The notes below the pieces were generated by a model. The model was not told where the DNA came from and ran no database searches. It saw nothing but the letters and a program-made list of their open reading frames with translations. A DNA stretch of 63,813 bases, the filler included, from Intoshia linei (lineage: Eukaryota > Animalia > Orthonectida), in the NCBI GenBank assembly GCA_001642005.1. It is 8 parts of 8 records of this genome, joined end to end, with 100 filler letters (N's around TTAATTAATTAA, not from the genome) between each part and the next. Parts side by side here need not be neighbours in the genome. Positions count along the whole stretch, not along the records: positions 38,303 to 47,470 come from LWCA01001406.1; positions 47,571 to 58,790 come from LWCA01001191.1; 6 more parts are not named here. One strand, written 5' to 3'. The position numbers and the translations under genes were made by a program. Positions within the stretch are counted from its first letter, which is position 1; each line of letters starts with the position of its first letter. Below, piece by piece: positions 38,561 through 50,700 of this stretch.

Positions 38561-41500
38561 GATACTTTATTTTGCTATCGACAAATTTGTTTTGTTCAAA
38601 TACAATTTGACAACCAGAATGATTGAACATAAATGGAAGGTTTTGTTAAATTTTCTACTTTGATATTTTTAATGAAAAACTTGTAGGCTATTCATATTTC
38701 AGAAATAACAATATTGACGAGTTCAAAAAATGAAACTTGTGACATGTTAGCGACAGGGTCCACTGATTGCACGATAAAATTGTGGAATGTATCAAATTTT
38801 GACTGTATTGCAAATTTCAAACACACTTATCCTATTTCGTAAATTTACATTATCAGCTTACTAAAATAGTGTTCACAATTTATTTATTCATAATTCAAAC
38901 TGTATGCTGTAAATAGTGATGTCGAGATACAACATAGTAATATAGTATTTGTTAAATTCATACCTGCGTGGCCTTGGATTTTATGAGGTATGCCCGCAAA
39001 AATGATTAATTATACAATGTATAAGTATAATTATATTAATTGACTCAATTTCATGAAATTAAAATTTAACACTTGATCCCAGGGATTGGAAATAATTGAT
39101 TGCAATAATTATTTTGTATAAATCAATTCATTGTTTGCTAAATATTAATTTTTCAATTAATTGGTTTTTTCATATAAGTGAAAAAATATAAATTAAATCC
39201 TTTTATTGACGAATGGTTGGATGAAAAAATTAATTAAATTTTTTTATGTAGTTCAAAACTTACATTAATAATTATACACTATAATTTATAATAATACAAT
39301 ATTAAGGTGTTAATGACACTGCCAACACTCGTTGTAGTGTATCACAGTTCCACCATGCTTTATTTATTTCCAGAAACAATTTTATTTCCAAATTCGAAGA
39401 AAGAAATAAAATAAATAATATAAAAATATTTTCTAAATACTATTTTACAAATAAAATAGTTTGACACTGTATAATAAAATATTAACAAGTTTTTATTATT
39501 CTATTCAATTTTAGAAAAATAGAAACGCGTTTGTCACTATAAAAATGATGTATTTAACCTAGTAGCTTGACTTTTGTGTACTTCGAACAAACAGCATTCT
39601 AGTATTCATTATAACCACATGACAGTTTTTTAAAAATGATTATGATATCAATTAATTGAAAAATAATTTTTGAACAAACAATTAATTGATTATTTTTCAA
39701 TAGTAAACTTTTACCAATTAATTGCAATCTATTAATTCCAATCCCTGCTTGATCCTACTTAAAATTATAAAGTTAAATTTTTATGTGTGTTAATAAATTA
39801 TGAGAATATTCTTAAATCCAACCATTTTTACTAAAAATCATAATTTACCAACCATTAAGGAAAATTCCACTTTTAACAACCCTAATAAAAATGCTTAGAA
39901 AGCGATGAAGACCACTAAAACATCTAATAAATAAAATATCAAATATTTCAAGAACAGAAAAATGCATAATTAATGAATTTGTTTTTTTTTTGTTTTAAAA
40001 AGTTTTATTTGTATTATCGTCGTTGAGTAATTATTAAAGAGGTTATAACATTTGTTTATCGATAATCCTTCTATTGGAGAACTTCACTTAGTTTTGATTG
40101 TGATACTGAGTTTTTAGGTGATTCTCTGCAATTCAGTAAAATTGGATTTTTCTCTTAAGGATTGTTAAATTTTGATTTTTAGTAAAAATGGTTGGATTTA
40201 AGTAGACTTCCATAAATTATGCAGTAATTATTCCTAGAATATAAAAAACCCAAAATTCTATTATGTTTTGTGTCTATCATTTATATATTAATTTCAATCT
40301 CAGAATTAGCATCTTCCCGGTTAAAAACGCTTACCTTTTTATCAGACAATATTTTACAAATTTTTAAAGTTAAATACAAAGCATCGTAAAATGTTAATAC
40401 CAGTAGTTTTAAATTGCATATTGTCATACACTTTTTAAGGCTATTTTTAGGGTTGTAAATTAAATATCATATTTCAAAAAAATGAAAACCGTTTACGGTA
40501 GTCTTAACTGTTTGTTACTGTTTACTAATTTATTAATAATTTAGTAATCAATGCTTTTTATCTAATGAAAAATTTCTCGTTTCTTCTTGTATAAACGATG
40601 GGACTATATATGTATGGTCTTTGGAAAATTTTTGTTTACATAAAAAACTTTCTACTCATTATGATGTTGCTACGTGCCTAGAATACGATTCCGTTAATTC
40701 TTATGTTTACAGGTTTTTTTTTCTTATTGTTTAGTTTTGCTATTTATATTTCAATTCTTAGTGCTGGAAGAGACAATATACTTGCTATTTTCGATGTAAA
40801 TAAAGATTTTGAAAATATTTCCATTATACCTACTTTATCTGTAATTTATTGTTTATAATTTATATTAGAGTTTTGTATAGGGATGTTCTGTTTTCCATTT
40901 TTGATATATTAACCATTTCACATATACAGTAACGATTAACAATGCGTACTAGGGGTGGCGCTTGATAAAAAATTTAAAAATCTAAAATAACTTAACAATA
41001 AATGTACAATATAATGCACATTTATTATGCTCTACTTTGAAAGAATTTTTTTCTAAAGGGTTGGTAAAATTAGATTTTTATCGATTGCTGGCACTAATGA
41101 GTACCGATACAAAAATATAAAATGTATGTTACGTAAATTTCAATTGTTACTCGCCCGTCTATACCCGTTCCGTTGCAGTGCTTTAATTTGTATTTTAAGT
41201 TTCAAATTGCGTTTTTGATTTTGACTTATATAAATTTAGATTGTTGAATCCATCTACTTTATGAAAAATTCAAAAAATGATTTTGATCAAAACGACAATA
41301 TTGCTATTACTAATCAGTTGGGTAATTTTGTTTAAATGTATGTTACTGTCACTGCTAACTTATCGATTTTAACGATCAGATTAAGCAATATATGGAAGGA
41401 ATACTATTGGCTCTACAGTACCCAGTGTGTAGACGATTACATTCTTTAATTTTGAATTTTTTTGGTTACACTTTGAAAAAGTACTCAAACACAAAATTTC

Positions 41501-43877
41501 TGTAAATCCTGACAATAAATTGTTAAATGATGGTATTAATTTTAATAACTAGGTTTTATAAAGATACTCAATTCAAAAACCAAAAAATGCACCAGTGAAA
41601 TTAATTTTGATAAAAATGCTTCAAAAGAATTGCCTGTTTTTGGAAAAATTGCGGGTGCACAAGATAAATTAATTATTTTTGATAAATTCAAAAATATAAT
41701 TTATTATTTCAATACTTCAAATTTGAATGATTTTACGAGGGTATGTTTTATTTTGTTACAAAAACTAGATTATCTGAATTCATCTCAAACCTCCTATTCC
41801 TTTGAAATGTCTACATTTAAATTATAGATTTTTGGTACAAATGATGAAATATACGATGTAAAATTTATTAATGAAAATATATTGGCGATAGCATCAAATA
41901 CCGGATATATTAACGTGTTAAATTTGTCAAATTTTCAAACAATTTGCCTTGAACAGCATGGTGACAGTGTTCTATCATTAGATTATCATGAAAGTGGACT
42001 TTTAATTTCATCTGCTAAAGACAAGTCAATTAAAATTTGGGACGTTTCTGACACAAAAAACATTACTTTACTATCAACTTGTTCCGGGCATTTGCATTCA
42101 ATAACTGGTGTTGTTTTTTTCAAGTATATTTAAATTTATTTAGTTTTAAGTGTATGGTAAAGTTTAATGTAGTTCTGGAAAGTGTTTCATAAGCGTAAGT
42201 GAAGATTTGTCCATAAAATTGTGGGAAATTAATAAAACGTCATTGTTTCATGTGGAATTGAAATGTACAGAGCGTGCACACGATAAAATTATAAATAATG
42301 TCGCTATTTCCAAAAATGATAAATTTGCTATATCAGTTTCGTTTGATAAGACAGCAAAGGTATATTTTTCAAGTTTTGGAATCTATTTAGGTAATTTAGA
42401 TTTGGAAATTGCCTGAATTGAATCTTGTAGCTACATTGACTGGACACATTAAAGGTGTATGGTGTGGTAAATTTTCTTCTTTTCAAAAGGTAATGATACA
42501 AAAATTAGTAAATTTTAATATTTTAGACTATTGCAACCTCTTCTGCTGACGGAACTGTTAAAATTTGGAATTTGGATACTTTCAAATGCATGCTAGTATT
42601 TTTATTTAAATTTTGGAATTAAAATATTTATAGACACTTGATGGTCACTTGTCTGCTGTTTATTCTGTTTGTTTCATTTCTAATGGAAATCAGATTTTAT
42701 CGGGGTAATTTATTTTATATTATTTTACGAGCTTGACTGTTTTGTACTGAGTACAAATAATCAGTGCTGAACCTACCGTACCCGAGATCTCTCTTTGGTG
42801 GCTTCAATAAAGTTTTTGTAAAATGGCGGATTCATTTTACCAAATTTAGCATTAAAAAATATATTTCTGAATATCATAACTGTTTTGTTTACTAAATTTA
42901 AAATATCAATCAAAACTTAAGTGGAGACTCTCCACTTGAGAGGTGGTTAGGGCTATTTGACACTACGCATAGTTTTTGAGAATGGTTTTAGTGGCCTATT
43001 TTTAATTTTTGGGTGGAATGGAGTTGGGTAGGTTCGGCTTTGCAAACAGTAGCCGGTTTACCTAAAATGAACTTCACAGATTTTTTTAAATAGAAAATTA
43101 CATTTTTCAACAAATTTTTAATAATTTAGTAACAATGCACAATCATTTAATTTTATATAACCAAGGTTTAATTTTTATTTTATAGTGATGCGTCTGGAAT
43201 AGTGAAATTGTGGAATATTTGTAGTGGAGAATGTATCAACACTTTCGATTGTTGTACTAGCAAAATTTGGTGTTTAGAAGCTAAATATTTTGATGATACA
43301 GGATTGCACTTTGTAGTGGGTTCAGCCGATGGTGATTTAATTCATTATAAGGTTTTTTGTCAATTTTATTATTTTGTTTAATTATAAATGTATTTTATTT
43401 TAAATATACATTTTAATGTTTTTACTACAAAAAAACTACTGAAAAGTGAATATCTATATTTTTATGATTAGGACGTTACAAAATCTGATATTGAAAATAA
43501 AATGTTTGAAAATGTAGAAAAAATTAACATGTCAAATGATTTGGATATATTGGTCAATAATGAAAAGTATATAGAAGCTTTGAAATTGGCTTTTAATTTG
43601 GATAGTCAATATAAAATGTATCTTATTATGAAAAAAGTTTTTGAAAAGTTTATTGGTGATTCGACTATAATCAATCACATTTTGGAATGGATGAATGATT
43701 TAGACAAGAATGAGTTTTCAAATTTATTAAAGTACATTTCTGTTTGGAATACAAAAAGTATTTATTGTGATGTTGCTCAGGAATTACTAGAAATTATTAT
43801 TCGTAACAAAAGACCCGATTATCTTTTTTCTGTGCCACATTTTGGTAAATATATGGAGGAGATTATATCTTATTCTA
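38561..43877 (+). CDS. TBL3: Transducin beta-like 3 / Utp13 (WD40 repeats plus Utp13 domain), ends incomplete
   Basis: HKWK|AIH..MLATGSTDCTIKLW, SAGRDN, FGTNDEIYDVKF, TERAHDKIINNVAISKNDKF..SFDKTAK|IW, GHIKGVWC.KFS, and the Utp13 motif LLKYISVWNTKSIYCDVAQ. Confidence 0.9.
39080..39747. mobile_element. hAT MITE in a TBL3 intron
   Basis: TIR CAGGGATTGGAA; perfect 8-bp TSD CTTGATCC. Confidence 0.85.
39802..40211. mobile_element. MULE/foldback-type MITE in a TBL3 intron
   Basis: Perfect 9-bp TSD ATAAATTAT; same family as 33146 and 36566. Confidence 0.8.
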
Positions 43878-44109
43878 GTAATTTTTAAATTATATATAAC
43901 AGACTCGTCAACTTATTATAGTAATATGTACGATAGATAATTTTCACAGCACTAGTACTTTCATAAAATGTTTTAAGACTGGTTATTTCAATCTTTTTGT
44001 TTTCGCGACTCCTATTAACATAACAATTTTTCTATATATGTATTCTAAATTTAAAATTTTTTAAATGTTCCCATAAAAACTCTACCAAATCTTGAATACA
44101 AAATTACCA

Positions 44110-45044
44110 TCCTAACTTATATAAAATGTGACGCGATTTTTGTTTGTCTGTCTGTGTTACTTTTTTTAAAATAACTAGCACTCTTAGAATTTTTTAAAGA
44201 CCATATTTCAATTACAGTTTTTTCTGGGACGTATAATAAGATAAATTTCAATCCTCAATTTCACATCTTAAGGGTCAAAAACCCCTGTTGTCCCTCTTTT
44301 TGAAAATTTAACGAGTTGGAGAATTTAAAAAAAATATATACGCTGATGCGTATTTTAAAATCATAAACATTATCATAAATTTAAATTAAAAAAAATTATA
44401 CTTTCATAACCAAAACCCCAAATTCCCTTCCTTTTTTTTGATAACAGTCCTAGAATTTAAAAAAATTTACAGGTGGTAGAGTTGTATCATGTTAACACAC
44501 ATAAAAAATCCGAATAAGTGACGACTTCACGGTCAAAAAAACATTTTAGTATTCATATATTTTTTTCCGAAATATTTTAGTAAAACAAAAAATATGAAAT
44601 AATTAACGGTCCGAAAATTTAAAAAAAGGATTATTCTGATTAGCTTATTCAAGTTGATATTAATACAAAATTGTAACCTCAGAAACCTACCCATTCCCGG
44701 TGAAAAATAATTTTTAATATATTATCAACCAATATTTTTCAAATATTTTGATTAAAATTAAAAATGTAAATATTGATCCTACAATTTCAAAAAAAATGTG
44801 GATTGTACATCTACACATTTCCAGTCAAGACATATGGATGAAAATCTATATAATTCATTCCTTCGGAATTTTTAAATTTCAAATTTTCATTTTCCAAACA
44901 TTTTGAACATCTACGGCAACGAATTTATAAAAGTTTTGATACTAACTTAATTTGAAAATGCTAAAAAGAAAAGTAACATTCACAAAAAAAAGGCCAAAAG
45001 TATGAACACATTTTTGACATCAATCATTTTTATATTACAATCCT
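44110..45044 (+). mobile_element. Helitron family, longest 5' copy
   Basis: A|TCCTAACTTATATAA start. Colinear with the other copies until TACAATCCT, where the Gypsy LTR remnant begins. Confidence 0.75.
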
Positions 45045-47470
45045 AAAGTTTATTTTAAACGTTATTTAATTGAATAATAACTTTCTTTAACTAAATATGG
45101 TTATAGCAATTAGAGTAATTGTTACTGCTCTCCGCCTAAATAGTAGCCTGAAAGGTGGAGCGGAAGACGAGTGGTACGTTTAGGTAAATAAATTGGTTGA
45201 TTTTTTGATAATATTGGGTGATTTTTTTTAAATTTTTTTGAATGTGTGCTTGGTTGGTTCAGTCCAGTCGTATGTTTTTTTATCATAGTAAAGTTTTACA
45301 TTTTTGAATATTTAAATTATGTTGACGTTTATGTTTAGAAGCAGGATAATTAAGATCATGTAACATTAATTTTAAATTTTTTCCATATAATATTTCAGCT
45401 GGTGAAACTCCATTTTTACATGTAGGTGAGTTCCTAATAGACATTAGGAAGAAAGGTAATAATGAGTCCCAATCATTGACTGATTGGTTAAAATTAGTTC
45501 GGATTTTTTCTCTAATTACCCTTATCATTCTTTCCACTCTGTCCGTACTTTTATGATCATAGGCTGTACAAGAAGTTTTAATGAATCCGCATAATTGAGA
45601 AAGGTTACGAATGATAGATGATTCAAATTCACAACCTTGATCCGTGTGTATTTGGTTTGGAACACCAAAACGACTGATTATATTTTCAAATATAGCATCA
45701 CACACGACTTGTGTTGATTTATTTGGAGTTGCGACTGCTTCAGTCCAACCACTATGATGATCTACCATCACTATATGTACTTATTTGCATTGGGAGTAAT
45801 TTCTAGCGGACCTAGAAAATCTAACATCCAAATTTTATTCAATTTACCACTTTTAATCTGATTAATTTGCTAGTTCGGTAGTGTCTACCTGATTTTTCCG
45901 TATTACATCGGTAACACCCGCTTATCCAGTTTTTAATTGTATCAGTTATCATTGGCCAAAAGTAGTAATTGGATATAATTGCTTTAGTTTTATCAATTCT
46001 AGGGTGGGTGAATGCTTTAGAGTCGTGAAAAAATTTCATAATGTTTGAGATTTCAGAAGTGGGGACACTGACTTGATTTTGTTTTGTGTTCAAAATATAT
46101 GAAAGTGTCTGTTCTAACAACCAGATTTGACCGAATTTTTGAGTACTTGTTGTTTTGCGGGATTTTCAAATTGTTTTGTATACATTTCACCACTTCAATG
46201 CAGTCTTTATCTCTCCTTTGTGCGCTTAAAAGGATCTTTATAATTCAAATCTATAGTATTGATTGAAATGTTGTTTGATATTGGTTTTCTCGATAACAAG
46301 TCTGCAGTAAAATTTTCCGAACTTTTTCTATAAATTATTTCAAAATCAAAATCTTGTAGTCTTTCCAGATATCTATAATTTCGAAGATATTGCTTTTGTT
46401 TTTTCGATATCAGTTTTGATTGCATCCTGGTTTATAACTTTTCCAAGGAATTTTATCTCAGAAACGCCTATTTTACATTTATCCGGATTTAAAGTGAATC
46501 CATGATTTTGAATTGTCTGCAGTGTTTGCTCTAATGTTTTTAGATGAGATTCTACATCTGAATTAGCGATGATTATGTCGTCTAAATATATATAAACGTT
46601 ATTCATTCTACTAAATATTTTATCCATGATTCGTTGGAATGTCGCACTGGCGTTCATTAAACCTTGAATTGGTAAAGGTGAGCACCATAGAAGCTGTAAA
46701 AAGCAGTTTTTTGTCTGTCAGCCTTACGAATAAGGATTTGCCAGTATCCTTTACACATATCAAGGGTAGAGAAAATTGTTTTTCCATGCATCGCGTCTAA
46801 TATAGTTTGTTGGTTTGCTCCAGGGTACGTATCTTTCAGTTATATTATTTATTATCTATTAAAAACTGAAACTTACCGGAATTTTCGTTGTTTTCACCCT
46901 TAATTGACGCATTGAGGAAAATAGAATTTGGATTTTCATCAATTGTGAGTTGGTTAATCTTGTTTTTGATATCCATCTTTGTTTCTGTTTTCACTTTAGG
47001 ATATTGTCGTAAGAATGGCGTTCCGTTAGACTGATTATGATAATTATCGTAATGTAAAACTTTAAATTTTTTACATTCATTGATGACGTCTTTCAAATCT
47101 TTGTGGTCCGCTGATATTAGACTAGATTGCAACTTATAATTTTTTAATTTTTTATAATTTTTACAACTATATATAATGACATCTTTAACTTTATCTTCTC
47201 TACTATTTCCAAAATTACAAACTTCACTTTGGTGGAATAGTCTATCTATAAAAGAATTGGTCGGTTCATTGGTTTCTCTTTGAGTGTTGAGAAATTTTAT
47301 TCTTTCTAATGTTTCATTTCGTTTGTCCCAGTTAATAATTTCTTTTTTTATTGCGACAATTGAGTCACTGGTACCAGATAATTTTAGTTTTGTGTTTGCT
47401 TTTCCTCCTATTAAATGTTTCATAAGCAACACTTTTTGAGGTTCTGTCATTGGATTCTTTAAACCTGCTT
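45045..47470 (-). mobile_element. Ty3/Gypsy LTR retrotransposon, degenerate
   Basis: Order gag (46845-47450), RT (YLDD), RNase H end (DFEIIYRK..ADLLSR), integrase zinc finger (HHCC) and rve (FGVPNQIHTDQG..ER). PPT-like AGGCGGAGAG precedes AGTAAC at 45126. Confidence 0.9.
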
Positions 47471-47570
47471 NNNNNNNNNNNNNNNNNNNNNNNNNNNNNN
47501 NNNNNNNNNNNNNNTTAATTAATTAANNNNNNNNNNNNNNNNNNNNNNNNNNNNNNNNNNNNNNNNNNNN

Positions 47571-48380
47571 CAATAAAATTTTTTTAGTGGATTCGGGCAT
47601 TTTTAGATTTGAGATATGTTCTAGACATTCCTTAATAATCAGAGAATCCTGGAAAGGCTTACAGTGCTTGGCTAAAGTCATTGCTATTTTATATGCAATT
47701 TTATCTCAACTAACACATTATTAAACTTCTCGGACATTTCATTATAAGCATTTCTTTGAGATATCTCATTTTTCGAAACAACATCCTTATTGCTTCGTTA
47801 AGAAATGCTTTTTTGCATTATATTTGTTCAATGAAAATTGTTTTTCACATATTAAGCAATAATGCTTTGCATTGTGTTTGATAAAAAAAAAGACTCCATT
47901 TAAAAATTAAAAATATGAAAAATTTGCTAAAATAAATAAATATAAATAAATAAACTTGACATTGTTGATTTAGAATTATTAATATTTTCAATGAGCAGCG
48001 TGAGATTAAAAATAATAAGCTTGTTTCTCATGAAAGTGTCATAGTATTAAATGCACTTAAATATAAAATGATCTTGTTACAAATTTGTATTGAAATATCA
48101 TGCGTTGTTTAAATTGAAAATGAGTTTTCTCGTGTTCCTCAATGAGCAAATTTTATAAAATGAGACTGTAGTTGGCTAGCTCTATACTATAGAATACACA
48201 GACAGTGAAATGGTTAAACACCGTTTTAAACATTTTCTACTAAAATTGGTTCATTGTAATAATTTTCAACCGTTTTTCTTTAATTAAAATATATCATGTA
48301 TAAATTTTCAAAAACGAAGCCCGTGCAATTTTTTGATATAAAAAGGTGGCCAACGAGATGCAAAAGGTTACCGAGCCCTG
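47571..48380 (-). mobile_element. hAT (Buster/SPIN-type) transposase remnant
   Basis: Minus strand reads AYKIAMTLAKHCKPFQDSLIIKECL; CAGGGCTCGG terminus at 48380. Confidence 0.6.
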
Positions 48381-48543
48381 CCTTAAACGAAACAGTGGTT
48401 GGCAATTTCAGTGATAAAAATTTCCATCATTTTATAAATTTTATTTCTTAAATGTTTCAAAATAGTCTCATTGATCATCAATGATTGATGTAATTTTCTA
48501 TGAAATTTATCTTATGATGTAATATTGATAATTTAATTTATAG

Positions 48544-49310
48544 AATATCATCAGCAATAAATGTACTCTCCAGTAATTTACGATATGCATTTGAAAATTA
48601 CGAAATTCCAAATAGTATGGAAAAATTTTCGGCAATTGATGTAGCTGCTTTATTTAAAAATTGGTTGAAAATACTACCTAAAGCTTTAATTTCTTCAGAA
48701 TTATACGACATGTTTTATGATGATTCTTCTGTGATTATTAGATCCGATACTTGCATTATTGCCAAAATTAATAAAATTACAGAAGAAATGAATCCATTAT
48801 ATTCCTACGTTTTAAGATTTCTCGTGAAATTTATAAAGGTATATATTTACAAAGTGTAATATTCGATCGGACGGACCTGAGGGGTTGATTTTTTAAATTA
48901 ATAGAAATTTAGAACGAGGGATTTCTCGTGAATATTATAAAACTAAATGAATATTAATAAAATTCTAAAATTGATCCCATTTGAAGTTTACATTAATTTT
49001 AAAAACCTAGTTCAGGGCTTTTAGACTGTAGTCATTACAGTGTAGTTATTATAAAACTCATATTTTTTTAAATTTTTTTAATTAGAAAATGTGCTTACAA
49101 GATATAATGGCTAAAACAAAAATGAATAAATTGAATTATTCCATTGTGCTGTCACCCAACATTTTCCAATCACACAAGATGGTTAGAAACAGCGATAACA
49201 TTTTTCGTACTACAAACCAAATTAATATGTTCAATTCATTAATTGCGCACTGTGATGTATCGGATATTGAATGGCCAGTTATCAAATATAATATTTCGAA
49301 CCATCTTTGA
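48544..49310 (+). CDS. RhoGAP-domain protein, 3' exons
   Basis: Exons 48544-48838 and 49086-49310 read (R)ISS..., DVAALFKNWLKILP..LI, VLRFLVKFI, TKMNKLNYSIVLSPNIF. The arginine-finger codon appears to be split by the upstream intron. Confidence 0.8.
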
Positions 49311-50700
49311 TTTTCTAAGAAATTAATTACCAAACCAAATTACCTATGCAATTGTTAAATGATGTACAGTACTAATAAAAATATTTTTATTCAATTATTT
49401 CAAAATTTCAAAAAGTTAATTATAGTGGGAAGTTCACAGTGAACTGTATATAGGGAACAATGTAAAACCATGCTTTGGGACTGTTCACTATTCGATGATA
49501 AGGAACAAAGTATTATTTAAAGTTGATCAAAATTAGTTTATTTGCAGCTTTGAGACCTTAATTAAGCAAAATTCTATTTATGGTACCAACAAAGATTTTA
49601 AAACGATTAGCTAAATCTCTCTGGCTGCAATACCTATGAGTATCAATGAACTCTAAGATTTCCTTTTTTTCTCTGAAAGTCTTTTTCTACTTGTATTTAA
49701 ATTATTCAAGTTCACTAATGAAAGAGCGAAAATATATAGAAAAATTAAAAAAAGTTGAAATTCTTTGTTCACTGTTACCTATCGATACTAAAATTAAAAT
49801 TTCAAAATATAGAAATGATGTGCAAATATCATTTTAATCATCTAATAAGCATTTATAAAATATTAAAATAAATAATTAAATGTATTTTATGGCTTATCTT
49901 GGTATGTTCCCTATTGACAGGTCGCACTGTATTTCAAAATACACTTGAAGTTTACTTAACCTACACCTTAAAAATGAAATTTACAAATAATAATGATACA
50001 AGAAATAGATACGTGAGTAAACAAAGTTAACTATCTTTTCATTGAAATCTACATAGTATGTTCAATGAACATTGAGAAACTTGCTAAAGTGTTATTTATT
50101 TTCTCATAAAGGTAAATAAATCCGCTCTGGTTTCAATTGGAGGACTGAGTAACATTTTTTTTTAATTTTCAGTGATAATTTATTATTATAAAATTGAAAT
50201 CTCATCAAATTTCTGACAAGGCAATTGTAATAGTATCAATGAAAGATAAGGTTATTAAATCTGAAGTTCGAAGAATCTTGTAGATTTAAAGCCCGAATCT
50301 AACATTATCAAAATAGAAATGCAAATACATGTGCTCCAATAAGTTTATTAATATTAAAGTTGGAACTGAATTCTAACTTCACTATGTAACAGCAATGTTT
50401 CACTTTGATTTGATGAATTTGTTAAAAGCTATTGTACACAGAACATTGTTTCTAGGTAAATGACTGTTATGAAATGTGCAAACTCTTTAAAAGAGTAGAG
50501 TTTTACCAGTTTCATACCATTGATATTGAAAAGGAGTGTTTATCAACAATTAGTAAAATAATAAATGTAAAGTAAAGTAAATTTTTACTTCTTAAAAATA
50601 CTATTTAAATAAAGTTTAAACTGCAATTAAATTTGTTAAAAACAACAAAACTAACGTAACAAAATAAATATAAATTTATTTATATTAATTATATTTAAAA

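Noticed and set aside
49500-50560. Coding-like minus-strand stretch between the RhoGAP and SF3A2
   Set aside because: Stops and frameshifts in all frames and no recognisable motif.
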